Assembly (NCBI GenBank): GCA_965219095.1
Contig: CBDCMT010000001.1
Location: 2,208,001 to 2,272,000 of the forward strand
Length of the DNA stretch: 64,000 nucleotides
From: Bdellovibrionales bacterium
GTDB lineage: Bacteria > Bdellovibrionota > Bdellovibrionia > Bdellovibrionales > UBA1609
Reading direction: 5' to 3'
Below, in pieces: positions 51,438-60,802 of the stretch. The translations under genes and the position numbers were made by a program. Positions within the stretch are counted from its first letter, which is position 1, and each line of letters starts with the position of its first letter. Below the pieces are notes generated by a model. That model did no database searches and was not told the DNA's origin. It worked only from the letters and a program-made list of their open reading frames with translations.

Positions 51438-52549
51438 CTCACATCCTCTCTCTTAGAAGCTCCACATTGATTCACTTTTATATGCACTTCCTCTTCTGTT
51501 TCCTTTAAAGAAAATATAAAGCTTGTGTTAGTAGAATTTCTTAAGTTATCATGAAAGGCTTTTATGGTACTTTGAAATTGATAATTTATATGGGTTAATT
51601 CATCGGAAAAAGCATGTTCTATTCGATAGCTTTCTTCAGATTTAAAATATGTATATAAATCTATAAAGAGGAGTTTTACTCTTGTAAAAAGGCTAGGGTT
51701 TTTACAAACTTTATCCTCACATAAACTCATTCCTGTTTTCTCTTTAAAAAGAAAGCTTATGAGATTTAAAAAGCTATCATCAGGAAGAATTTTAGGATGG
51801 TTTTGAAATTCAATGACAGAAGAAGAATTGTTTTCTTGGTACTCTTGAAGAACGTCTTCTAAATTATAAAAGAGTTCAAAATCTATGCCATTCTTATCTA
51901 AAGTACTGTAAATAAAATTTTCATTTTCTTCACTTTCTTTGAATTTTATAATGATTTTTGATCGTAGAGGCATGTTTATCTTTACAAATGAAGCCTTTGT
52001 CGTCTCTGTTTGGTAAAAGATTTCTTTTTCACTAAGATCAGAAACGGACAGTTCAAAGTTAAAAGAAAAAAAGTTTATAGAAAAATCAATAACAAAGTGT
52101 TTTTCCTTAGGGTTTAAAGTGCTTGAGTTGATAAGGGAAAGGTTGATAATGTTTAACTTCATTTCATCTATATCTTTGGGTTTAACTTTTATTTTTACAA
52201 GTAGCTTCTGAGAGTTAAAGTTTTCTAAACTGAAACTGAATTTTTTAAGAAAGAAGAGAGGAATTTCAATACAAGAAGATTTGTTTGAGGATTTTTCAGA
52301 TTTGTGGCATTCTGTCATCATATGAAAAAAAATATCTTGATGAATGTACGGAGTTAAAGCTTTATGAAACACATGTCCTAAGGTTTCATAAAGCCACTTA
52401 TGAGAGTCTTTGGAAAATCCTCCAGAAAGAGGGTCCTTTTTAATGGTTTGCTCTATTTTCACGTCACTACGATCACAAGTTTTAGCTTTTGTTGATAGAG
52501 GCAGAGCTGTGACCCCTATTGATGCAATAAGAATAAAAAAAAGCTTCAT
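51434..52549 (-). CDS. Secreted hypothetical protein
   Basis: 371-aa ORF, signal peptide ending TKA; first gene of a three-gene operon. Confidence 0.75.
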   Translation of the reverse strand: MKLFFILIASIGVTALPLSTKAKTCDRSDVKIEQTIKKDPLSGGFSKDSHKWLYETLGHVFHKALTPYIHQDIFFHMMTECHKSEKSSNKSSCIEIPLFFLKKFSFSLENFNSQKLLVKIKVKPKDIDEMKLNIINLSLINSSTLNPKEKHFVIDFSINFFSFNFELSVSDLSEKEIFYQTETTKASFVKINMPLRSKIIIKFKESEENENFIYSTLDKNGIDFELFYNLEDVLQEYQENNSSSVIEFQNHPKILPDDSFLNLISFLFKEKTGMSLCEDKVCKNPSLFTRVKLLFIDLYTYFKSEESYRIEHAFSDELTHINYQFQSTIKAFHDNLRNSTNTSFIFSLKETEEEVHIKVNQCGASKREDVR

Positions 52550-52680
52550 GCCAAAACACCTTTCATGTTATTTTTCATCAATTGATATTTATAATATTCA
52601 CATTATTATAAACCCTTCTTTAAGAGCTAACAACTGTTAATTTCAACCATGTTTTGTAATTTTTACAAAAATAGGTTTTA

Positions 52681-52709
52681 TTGACATTCTTTGAGTATGG
52701 TTTTAGCTT
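52681..52709 (+). promoter_or_regulatory. Putative sigma70 promoter of valS (possibly leaderless)
   Basis: TTGACA-17 nt-TAGCTT, ATG 7 nt after the -10, no SD. Confidence 0.55.
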
Positions 52710-52715
52710 TAAACA

Positions 52716-55391
52716 ATGAAGTCTATCCATGAAAGCTATTCTCCTCATAAATTAGAAAAAAATGTTCTTCAATTCTGGTCTAAAAACAGCTTTTTTCAAG
52801 CTGATGAGGGTTCTCAAAAACCTTCTTTCTGTATCATACTTCCTCCTCCTAACATCACAGGAAGAGTTCATATAGGTCATGCTTTAAATTCTAGCCTACA
52901 AGACGTTTTAATACGTTGGAAAAGGATGTTAGGGTTTAATACTCTTTGGCTTCCTGGGACTGATCACGCAGGTATTGCCACTCAAGTGCAAGTGGAAAAG
53001 GAGTTAGCTAAAAAAAATCTTAATAAAAAACAACTAGGACGCAATAAGTTTTTAGAAGAAGTTTGGAAATGGAAGGCTAAGTATGGAACTTATATCATTG
53101 AGCAAATGAAAACTTTAGGGTTTTCTTGTGATTGGAGTCGGCATACATTTACTTTAGATAAAAGTGTATCTCAAGCTGTAAGAAAAGTTTTTGTAGAGCT
53201 TTATAAGAAAAAAAGGATTTATAAAGGGCTCAAATTAATCAATTGGAGTACAGTTTTAGAATCGGCTATTTCAGATTTAGAGGTTGAGTTTAAAGAAGTT
53301 AAAGGAAGTTTGTGGTTCATTTCTTATCCCCTTGTGGTAGAAAAAGGTGCATTGGTAGTAGCAACAACAAGACCTGAAACTCTTCTCGGCGATGTGGCTT
53401 TAGCTGTAAATCCTAAAGACCTACGTTATGAAAAATTCATTGGTAAAAAAGTGAAGCTTCCTTTGGTGGATAGAGAGATTCCCATTATTTCTGATGAGTC
53501 TGTGAATCGTGAATTTGGCACAGGAGTCGTTAAAATCACTCCTGCTCATGATTTTAATGACTATGAAATGGGAAAACGTCATCATTTAGAACCTATTAAC
53601 TTGCTTTGTAAGGACGGACGTCTTAATGAAAATGGTCTTCAGTATCAAGGTCTTAAAGTCATTGAGGCAAGAAGAAGAGTTGTTGAGGACCTCAATAAAG
53701 GTTCGTTTCTTGTAAAAGAAGTTTCTCATAAGCATTCTGTAGGACACTGCATACGTTCAGGTTGTGTTGTGGAGCCTTTTTTATCAGAACAATGGTTTTT
53801 AAAAATGGAGGACATGGCCATACCTGCTAAGCAGGTCGTAGAAAGTGAAACGATCCTCTTTCAGCCCTCGCTATGGCTTAAAACTTACTTACACTGGATG
53901 AATCACATTCAAGACTGGTGTATTTCTCGTCAGCTTTGGTGGGGGCATCAGATTCCTGCTTGGTCTTGTCAGTCTTGTGAACATTTGAATGTTTCAGAAA
54001 ATAAGGTTTTGAAATGCGAAAGTTGTGAGAGTGAGGATTTACAGCAAGATCCTGATGTTTTAGACACATGGTTTTCTTCAGCTCTTTGGCCTTTTAGCAC
54101 TCTTGGCTGGCCTGAAAAAGAGTCCTCTTTACAAGAAAAATTTTTTCCAACAGATGTTCTTGTAACAGGTCATGATATCATCTTTTTTTGGGTAGCCCGC
54201 ATGATTATGATGAGTTTAGAGTTTAAAAAAGAAGTTCCCTTTAGGAAGGTTTTTTTTCATGGTGTGGTACGAGATCATCAAGGAAAAAAAATGTCAAAGT
54301 CACTAGGTAATTCTATTGATCCTTTAGATGTGGCAAAAGAGTTTGGCAGTGATGCCCTTCGCTTCACTCTTCTTTCTCAATCGGTCGCAAAAGACACTAG
54401 GTTTTCTTTAAAAAATGTCGAAAAAAGTCGTAATTTTATGAATAAAGTTTGGAACGCATCCCGATTTACATTCAATCTCTTAGAATCGTTTTCTGTAAAG
54501 AAGCTTTCAGAGCCTATCGATATAAAAGGATTAGAACTTTTCGATCACTGGATCTTAAAAAAAATCTCTGAAGCTCAAGAAAAGATCAATCAATATTTGA
54601 AGGAAAATAATTTTCATGAAGCTCATCATGAGATCTATCATTTTGTATGGAGCTGTTTTTGTGATTGGTACTTAGAGATGAGTAAGCCCTTCTTTTATAC
54701 AAAATCATCAGGAAAGCTAACAGAAAGTCATAAAGTTTTATTTCAAACTTTTGAGAAAACTTTAAAACTTCTTCACCCTTTTGCTCCCTTTTTGACGGAA
54801 GAACTTTTTCAGGGAATTTATAACGAGGAAAAAACCACAAGCATCACTATTAGTGAGTTCCCTCATAGTAAAATAGACTATGAAAGTTCAAGTTTTAATC
54901 AAGTTGAACTTATGATAAAAGTAATTTCTGGGTTTAGAAACTTTAAAGCCGAAAATAGTATTCCTCCTCATCAAAAAATGACAGGTTACATAAACGTGAA
55001 GGAAAGGGAATCTGATTTTAGAACTCCCTTGACAAAAATGATTATAGAAAAACTCTCTGGTTTGAGAGAGCTTATTTTTGTAAAACCCACACACAAGGAT
55101 AAAGATGGAACTTCCTATTTTGTCATTAATGATTCTATAACTCTTATTTTTGATTTGAACGAAGGCGTAGATAAGGAGAAAGAAATAGAGCGTTTAAACA
55201 AATCCCTTTCTAAGCTTGAAAAAGAGTTGGGATCTCTTTCAAGAAGGCTTCAGAATCCTGATTTTATCAAAAAAGCACCTCAAAGTGTAGTTAAAAGAAC
55301 GGAAACTGAGTTTCAGTCTTTAAATTCTCGACAAAAAGAGCTTAAAGAAAGCCTTAGCAAGCTGTGTGATAAGGGGCAAAAAGACTTGTAA
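52716..55391 (+). CDS. valS: Valine--tRNA ligase
   Basis: PPPNITGRVHIGHA, TTRPET, DWCISRQLWWGH, KMSKS, C-terminal coiled coil. Confidence 0.98.
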   Translation: MKSIHESYSPHKLEKNVLQFWSKNSFFQADEGSQKPSFCIILPPPNITGRVHIGHALNSSLQDVLIRWKRMLGFNTLWLPGTDHAGIATQVQVEKELAKKNLNKKQLGRNKFLEEVWKWKAKYGTYIIEQMKTLGFSCDWSRHTFTLDKSVSQAVRKVFVELYKKKRIYKGLKLINWSTVLESAISDLEVEFKEVKGSLWFISYPLVVEKGALVVATTRPETLLGDVALAVNPKDLRYEKFIGKKVKLPLVDREIPIISDESVNREFGTGVVKITPAHDFNDYEMGKRHHLEPINLLCKDGRLNENGLQYQGLKVIEARRRVVEDLNKGSFLVKEVSHKHSVGHCIRSGCVVEPFLSEQWFLKMEDMAIPAKQVVESETILFQPSLWLKTYLHWMNHIQDWCISRQLWWGHQIPAWSCQSCEHLNVSENKVLKCESCESEDLQQDPDVLDTWFSSALWPFSTLGWPEKESSLQEKFFPTDVLVTGHDIIFFWVARMIMMSLEFKKEVPFRKVFFHGVVRDHQGKKMSKSLGNSIDPLDVAKEFGSDALRFTLLSQSVAKDTRFSLKNVEKSRNFMNKVWNASRFTFNLLESFSVKKLSEPIDIKGLELFDHWILKKISEAQEKINQYLKENNFHEAHHEIYHFVWSCFCDWYLEMSKPFFYTKSSGKLTESHKVLFQTFEKTLKLLHPFAPFLTEELFQGIYNEEKTTSITISEFPHSKIDYESSSFNQVELMIKVISGFRNFKAENSIPPHQKMTGYINVKERESDFRTPLTKMIIEKLSGLRELIFVKPTHKDKDGTSYFVINDSITLIFDLNEGVDKEKEIERLNKSLSKLEKELGSLSRRLQNPDFIKKAPQSVVKRTETEFQSLNSRQKELKESLSKLCDKGQKDL

Positions 55392-55573
55392 ATTAAACTT
55401 CTAGGCTTTATAAAAAGTTAAGTTATTGATATCCACATACATGAAATAGCTTAGAGTGATTTTATGATGAGAGCTTTTCTTTGGTGAGAGATAAGGAGAA
55501 AGACAACAACATGGATTCATTAAGACATTAATTATGTTACATCCAAATAGTTCTTTCAAAGGAGAGTGACTTA

Positions 55574-56608
55574 ATGTTTGACTATGTTTTAAGACGGATT
55601 TTTCTTATGGGTTTTACCTTTATCGGTATTACTTTAGCTTGTTTTTTAATCATTAATACAGCACCAGGAGGACCTATTGAACAAAAAATCAATGAGATAA
55701 GGTTTTCAGGAGCTATGGGAGGAGCTAGTAGCAATTTTGGTAGCAACGCAAAAAGCAGTGATATGGGAATTCCTCAGGAGTACCTAGAGGCTCTTAAAAA
55801 ACAGTATGGTTTAGATAAACCTTTAGGAACACGTTATATGATTTGGATAAAAAATATTTTTCGATTGGATTTTGGAGAGAGTTTTAAGCATGAAGAGCCT
55901 GCTTGGGATGTAGTCATTAGCCGTTTTCCCGTTTCTCTTCAGTTTGGGGTGATCTCTTTTATTTTGACTTACTTGATTTGCATTCCTTTAGGAGTGTTAA
56001 AAGCTGTACGTCATACATCTGTATTTGATAGAGCTTCTAGTGTAGTCCTCATCATTCTTTACTCTATACCCGTTTTATCTCTTGGAATTTTGTTAATTGT
56101 GTTTTTAGGAGTGAAATTGGATCTTTTTCCTATTTACGGTATGTACTCTGATCATTATGAATTTCTTCCTTGGTACGGTAAAATTAAAGATAGAATTCAC
56201 CACTTTGTCCTCCCTGTGATTTGTTATATGGTTGGTAATTTCACTGTTTTGACTTTTCTTATGAAGAACTCCCTTCTGACTGAAATTCATCTTGACTATG
56301 TAAGAACAGCGAAAGCTAAAGGGTTAAGTGAAAAAATCGTTGTATACAAACATGCTTTAAGAAATGCCCTCATCCCTATAGCTACAGGGTTTGGTAGTTT
56401 TCTAAGTCTCATTTTAGCTGGCTCTATTATCATTGAACAAGTTTTTACTATTGATGGTATAGGGCTTTTAGGTTTTACATCCATTGAAGATAGAGATTAT
56501 AACGTCATAATGTGCCTTATTTTCTTTCAAGGAGTCCTTATGCTTTTCGGACGTCTCATTAGTGATTTGTTGTATGTTCTTATTGATCCTCGCATTGATT
56601 TTAATTAA
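55574..56608 (+). CDS. Peptide ABC transporter permease (YejB/OppB-like)
   Basis: APGGPIEQ, YGLDKP, DYVRTAKAKGL, HALRNA, IDPRIDF. Confidence 0.92.
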   Translation: MFDYVLRRIFLMGFTFIGITLACFLIINTAPGGPIEQKINEIRFSGAMGGASSNFGSNAKSSDMGIPQEYLEALKKQYGLDKPLGTRYMIWIKNIFRLDFGESFKHEEPAWDVVISRFPVSLQFGVISFILTYLICIPLGVLKAVRHTSVFDRASSVVLIILYSIPVLSLGILLIVFLGVKLDLFPIYGMYSDHYEFLPWYGKIKDRIHHFVLPVICYMVGNFTVLTFLMKNSLLTEIHLDYVRTAKAKGLSEKIVVYKHALRNALIPIATGFGSFLSLILAGSIIIEQVFTIDGIGLLGFTSIEDRDYNVIMCLIFFQGVLMLFGRLISDLLYVLIDPRIDFN

Positions 56609-56617
56609 AGGGTATGT

Positions 56618-57658
56618 ATGATAGAAAGATTTATACAAAACAGTTTAACTTTAAAAAGATGGCGTAGGTTTAAAAGCCATAAACTTTCTATGGTCTCTCT
56701 TATTATTTTTTTATTGCTTATAGTTTTTTGTTTAACAAGTGAGATCTGGGCCAACAACAAGCCTCTTGTTTTAAGTTATAAAGGAGAACTTTACTTTCCT
56801 GTGTTCCAATATTACCACCCTTCTCAATTTGGTTTAGAAGGTTTGCAACTAGACTACAAAGAACTTGAAAAGGAAAGATTTTTTGATTGGTCTTTGTGGC
56901 CTTTTATAAAATGGTCTCCTAATGAATCCAACTTATCTGTAAGCTCTTACCCTTCTCCACCTTCTCAAGAAAACTTTTTCGGCACTGATGATAGGGGAAG
57001 AGATATATTTTCACGATTGATTTATGGGTTTCGTTATAGTTTAGGCTTTTCTTTTGCTGCTTGGTTTTTTTCTTACCTTATGGGTATTTTTTTAGGAGCT
57101 TTTATGGGATTTGTAGGGGGTAAGATCGATCTCCTAGGACAAAGGCTGGTTGAGGTATTAGAATCCTTACCTGTTCTTATGATTTTAATCACTTTAGTAG
57201 CTATTTTTGGAGCTAGTTTTAGCCTTATAGTCTTTATTTCTGTTCTTTTTGGCTGGCTTGGTATTTCGTTTTACATAAGAGCTGAATTTTTAAGGTTGCG
57301 AAAAAGAGAGTTCGTAGAAGCAGCAAGAGCTTTAGGAGCAGGGCCTTTTAGTATTGCTTTTCGACAAATTTTACCAAATGCTATAAGTCCTATTGTGACT
57401 TTTTCTCCTTTTGCCTTAGCTGGTGGCATTTCAGCTTTAACGGTCTTAGATTATTTAGGTTATGGCCTCCCCCCTCCCACACCAAGCTGGGGAGAACTCC
57501 TCCGTCAAGCTCAAAGCAATGTGACAACAGCTTGGTGGCTTGCTTTTTTTCCATCGGCTTTTCTAATTTTTTCTGTTTTGATTTTGAATCTCATTGGAGA
57601 AGGTGTAAGGGACAGTTTTGATTCTCGCACTGTTTCTACGAATTCTATGAAAGAGTAG
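56618..57658 (+). CDS. Peptide ABC transporter permease (YejE/OppC-like)
   Basis: ANNKPL, GTDDRGRD, EFVEAARALG, PSWGELL, GEGVRDSFD. Confidence 0.92.
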   Translation: MIERFIQNSLTLKRWRRFKSHKLSMVSLIIFLLLIVFCLTSEIWANNKPLVLSYKGELYFPVFQYYHPSQFGLEGLQLDYKELEKERFFDWSLWPFIKWSPNESNLSVSSYPSPPSQENFFGTDDRGRDIFSRLIYGFRYSLGFSFAAWFFSYLMGIFLGAFMGFVGGKIDLLGQRLVEVLESLPVLMILITLVAIFGASFSLIVFISVLFGWLGISFYIRAEFLRLRKREFVEAARALGAGPFSIAFRQILPNAISPIVTFSPFALAGGISALTVLDYLGYGLPPPTPSWGELLRQAQSNVTTAWWLAFFPSAFLIFSVLILNLIGEGVRDSFDSRTVSTNSMKE

Positions 57659-57696
57659 TTTATCTATAAAAATTCAAAAGCTTAAGGGCTTTTATA

Positions 57697-57805
57697 ACCC
57701 GAATTTCGACTTTTTTCAGGGCTAAAGGTTAGCTAATATAAACGCCTCCTCAAAAGAATCTGTGGGTTTCCGGAGGTTTTGGCAGTTTTCCAATGTTATG
57801 ATATA
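57697..57805. mobile_element. IS982 terminal remnant (57697-57743) abutting a degraded ISL3 right end (57744-57805, continuing at 59791-59824)
   Basis: ACCCGAATTTCGAC...; GCCTCCTCAAAAGAATCTGTGGG; ISL3 similarity resumes after 59790. Confidence 0.75.
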
Positions 57806-57864
57806 ATACCATTTCCAAAAATTAATTCGACATTCTTTTAACGCATTGCGTCCTGTCTTTTTGA

Positions 57865-58614
57865 TCAAACTCTGTTAAATTTTTAGAGTCATGTCGAAAA
57901 AAGATTTAGTTACACAGATTCAAGGGTATAATTTTCTAGCTACTTACAAAGTAGAAAGAAGTGCCAACATCAAGACAAAATTATTGGCTTTGCACCATAT
58001 GCAAGAAGGAAAATCGATTCAAGAAACAGCAGGTATGGTTTTCCCGACTTCAGCGTTTTCTTTTCAAGAATCTAATGATTTCAAGTAGTTACGTAAAACC
58101 GTGATCACTACATTTTAAACGGTGCCTTATAGGATTTTTATATGATTTTAGGGGTTAAAACTGTATATTGCCCCAAATGTTGAATGGTTTTTTGGATGAC
58201 TTTATTCTGCACTCTCTTGTTCTCTACAATCTGAACTGAAATAGAACTATTCTTTCTTGGAATCTTTTTTACAAACATATTTAAATGTTAAAAGAAATTT
58301 CCAGCCTTGAAAAGACCTCAAAAAAAGATTTCTGACACTACAAATGCACTGTCTGGAAAAATACCCCCCAACTCTGTTCTAAACATAGCTCGCACACTTT
58401 TATGAAGTTTTAGTAGTGGAAAACGCTGAAGTCGGGTCAAACTCTGTTAAATTTTTAGAGTCATGTCGAAAAAAGATTTAGTTACACAGATTCAAGGGTA
58501 TGATTTTCTGGCTACTTACAAAGTGGAAAGAAATCCCAATATCAAGATAAAACTCCAAGCTTTGCAGCATATGCAAGAAGGAAAATCGATTCAAGAAACA
58601 GCAGGTATGGTTTT
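57865..58614 (+). repeat. 178-bp direct repeat (57865-58042 and 58437-58614) flanking the MITE
   Basis: Both copies start TCAAACTCTGTT and end GGTATGGTTTT and abut the MITE IRs exactly. Confidence 0.92.
58043..58436 (-). mobile_element. 394-bp IS1634-derived MITE
   Basis: Perfect 18-bp IR CCCGACTTCAGCGTTTTC; minus strand encodes MFVKKIPRKNSSISVQIVENKRVQNKVIQKTIQHLG; AAATGTAGTG subterminal motif. Confidence 0.85.
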
Positions 58615-59537
58615 CTATCATCGTCACAGTATCAAATCCTGGTTACAGTCTTTTGTAGACTTTGATTACGAGGGATTGATAGATCGAGAAGGCAGAGGAC
58701 GCAAGCCTCGTTTGCCAGTGACAGAAGAAGAGAACTTCAAAATCAAGTTAGATGAAATTCAAGACAAAAGAGAAGGAGGAAGCATAGGAGCAAAGGGAAT
58801 ACAGAAACTTTTAGCAGATGAATTTGACTGTTGCTATTCTCTTTCTGGGGTTTATGTTTCTTTAGACCGCCTTAATATTGTATGGATCAGTGGTCGTTCT
58901 CTTCATCCTAAAAGTTCATTAAGAAGCTATGGAACAGTTTAAGGAACATTTTCCAGAAGAGGTGGAGAAAATAAAGGAAAAGATTCAGACTCATAAAATA
59001 GAGATTTGGTGGCAGGATGAATGCAGAATAAGCTCAGCAAGGTTCTTTAAGCAGGATTTGGGCAAGAAAAGGCACACGGCCTAGAGTGGTGAGACAAAGA
59101 CAATTTTTATCCACTTATATTTTTGGAGCAGTTTGTCCGGATAGAAATAAAGGCTGTGCTTGGATTTTACCGGAATGTAATTCAGGGATGATGCAAATTC
59201 ACTTAGATGAGATATCTAAAAATATTCAAGAAAACTATCATGGAATTGTTTTAATGGACAGAGCCAGTTGGCATACCACAGAGACTTTGATAGTTCCTAA
59301 GAATTTATCCCTGATGCCTTTACCTCCTTATAGTCCAGAATTAAATCCCATGGAACAAGTCTGGCAACAATTACGAAGGATCAAATTATCGAATGCATGT
59401 TTTAAAAACTATGACCATATAGTGAATACTTGTTGTGAGGCCTGGAATACTTTTTGCGATCAAGAGGGCAGGATTAAAAAATTATGCACTCGATCTTGGG
59501 GAAAACAACAAGATGAATCAAGCTTGTAAATTAATTT

Positions 59538-59612
59538 GAACCTATAAATTAAATTGTTTAACTGATTTTTGTCATTTTAAATTTTACCCTCACTTTTTTA
59601 CACTTATTTTAA
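59538..59612. repeat. Solo IS256-like terminal remnant
   Basis: Similar to 6145 and 16076. Confidence 0.55.
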
Positions 59613-59850
59613 CCCATCAATCGATTTACACAACAAATAGATATACCTGAAATAAACTTATCTTATGAAAACTTAAACTCACCTTAAAAGAAGTTTTTTT
59701 AAAATCTCCTAACTGAAACTTTTCCTTAAGTCAATTTTAAAATTTTAAATTTGAACATGAAAATGTCGAATTAATTTCTGTAATTGGTATAAGGTTCTTT
59801 TTTAGAGCTTTAGAGGTTCTAAACAACAGACTCCTGCCACAGCCATTCTA

Positions 59851-60483
59851 TCAGTTCCCAACTGATAGCTGCTTCCAACGATTATAAACTTTCAAAACAT
59901 GAAACTGAGCTTTCAAAAGATCTTCATCATATTTTTTAAGCTCACGATCTAACTTTAAATTTTGTTGAGCATAAAGTCTCTTGGTTTTGATTATTTCTCT
60001 TGAAAGATAAGAGAGTTGATTTTTAAAATGTGCTAATTTAGCTGTTACTTCCTGACGTCTCTTTTCAATTTGCCCTAATTTGTTTTTATATGAAAAAAAA
60101 TCTGTTCTTTTTTCATGAATTCTATCATTTACCAAAGATAACTCATGTTGAATTTTTTCTAAATAACTCCTACGAACTCCTATGTTTTCTTCTAGCTTCT
60201 CAAGGCTTTCCTTGCTAGAAGAAAGCTCTTCTTCTAAGGACTCAACTTTATTTTCTATCTTTCTTATTTCTTCACTGATCTTTTTTTCTGTTTGCAAGAG
60301 TTCTGTTTCTATCTTTTGAGTTAAAAGTTTTCCTGTTTCATAACTATTAGTCCTTGCCTTTAAGGCCATAATCTTATCTTCTAAAATTTGAATCCTCTTT
60401 TTCACATCAAGAGTGTTAGAAGAAACACTCGGAAAAACTAGAAGACTTGTTATTATAAAAGAAGTAAATAAAATTTTTCTCAT
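59851..60483 (-). CDS. Secreted coiled-coil hypothetical protein
   Basis: Signal peptide, long heptad-rich helix; GAGGAG RBS. Confidence 0.75.
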   Translation of the reverse strand: MRKILFTSFIITSLLVFPSVSSNTLDVKKRIQILEDKIMALKARTNSYETGKLLTQKIETELLQTEKKISEEIRKIENKVESLEEELSSSKESLEKLEENIGVRRSYLEKIQHELSLVNDRIHEKRTDFFSYKNKLGQIEKRRQEVTAKLAHFKNQLSYLSREIIKTKRLYAQQNLKLDRELKKYDEDLLKAQFHVLKVYNRWKQLSVGN

Positions 60484-60802
60484 AATCTTAAACTCCTCTT
60501 AAGCTTTTCATAAAATAACAAAGGACTCAATCAAAAGTCTCTGAGTCTTGACTATAGTCGTGAAAGTAAGTTTTGTTCCTTCTCCTCAACATCCTATTTT
60601 TTAGAAGGGAGAGAAAAGCTTTTTTATTCTCTTTTAAAATTAAACTATAGATAAAGCCATAATATCTAGCTACATTCCAAAAACCTCCTTTTATCTTGCT
60701 ATAAAAAGGGTTTTTTGGAATATGGTTAGTATATAGTGCTTCCGTTTAGTTTTTCAGTTTCCTAAGATAGAGAAGTTATCAGTTATCAAAGTTTCTAATT
60801 TA

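Larger units (their letters stand above)
57806..59790 (+). mobile_element. IS630-family element with frameshifted transposase (58463-59529), inserted in an ISL3 remnant
   Basis: IRs ATACCA..AAATTAATTCGACATT at both ends; HTH GRGRKPRL; WQDE, MDRASWH, LPPYSPELNPMEQVW. Confidence 0.85.
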
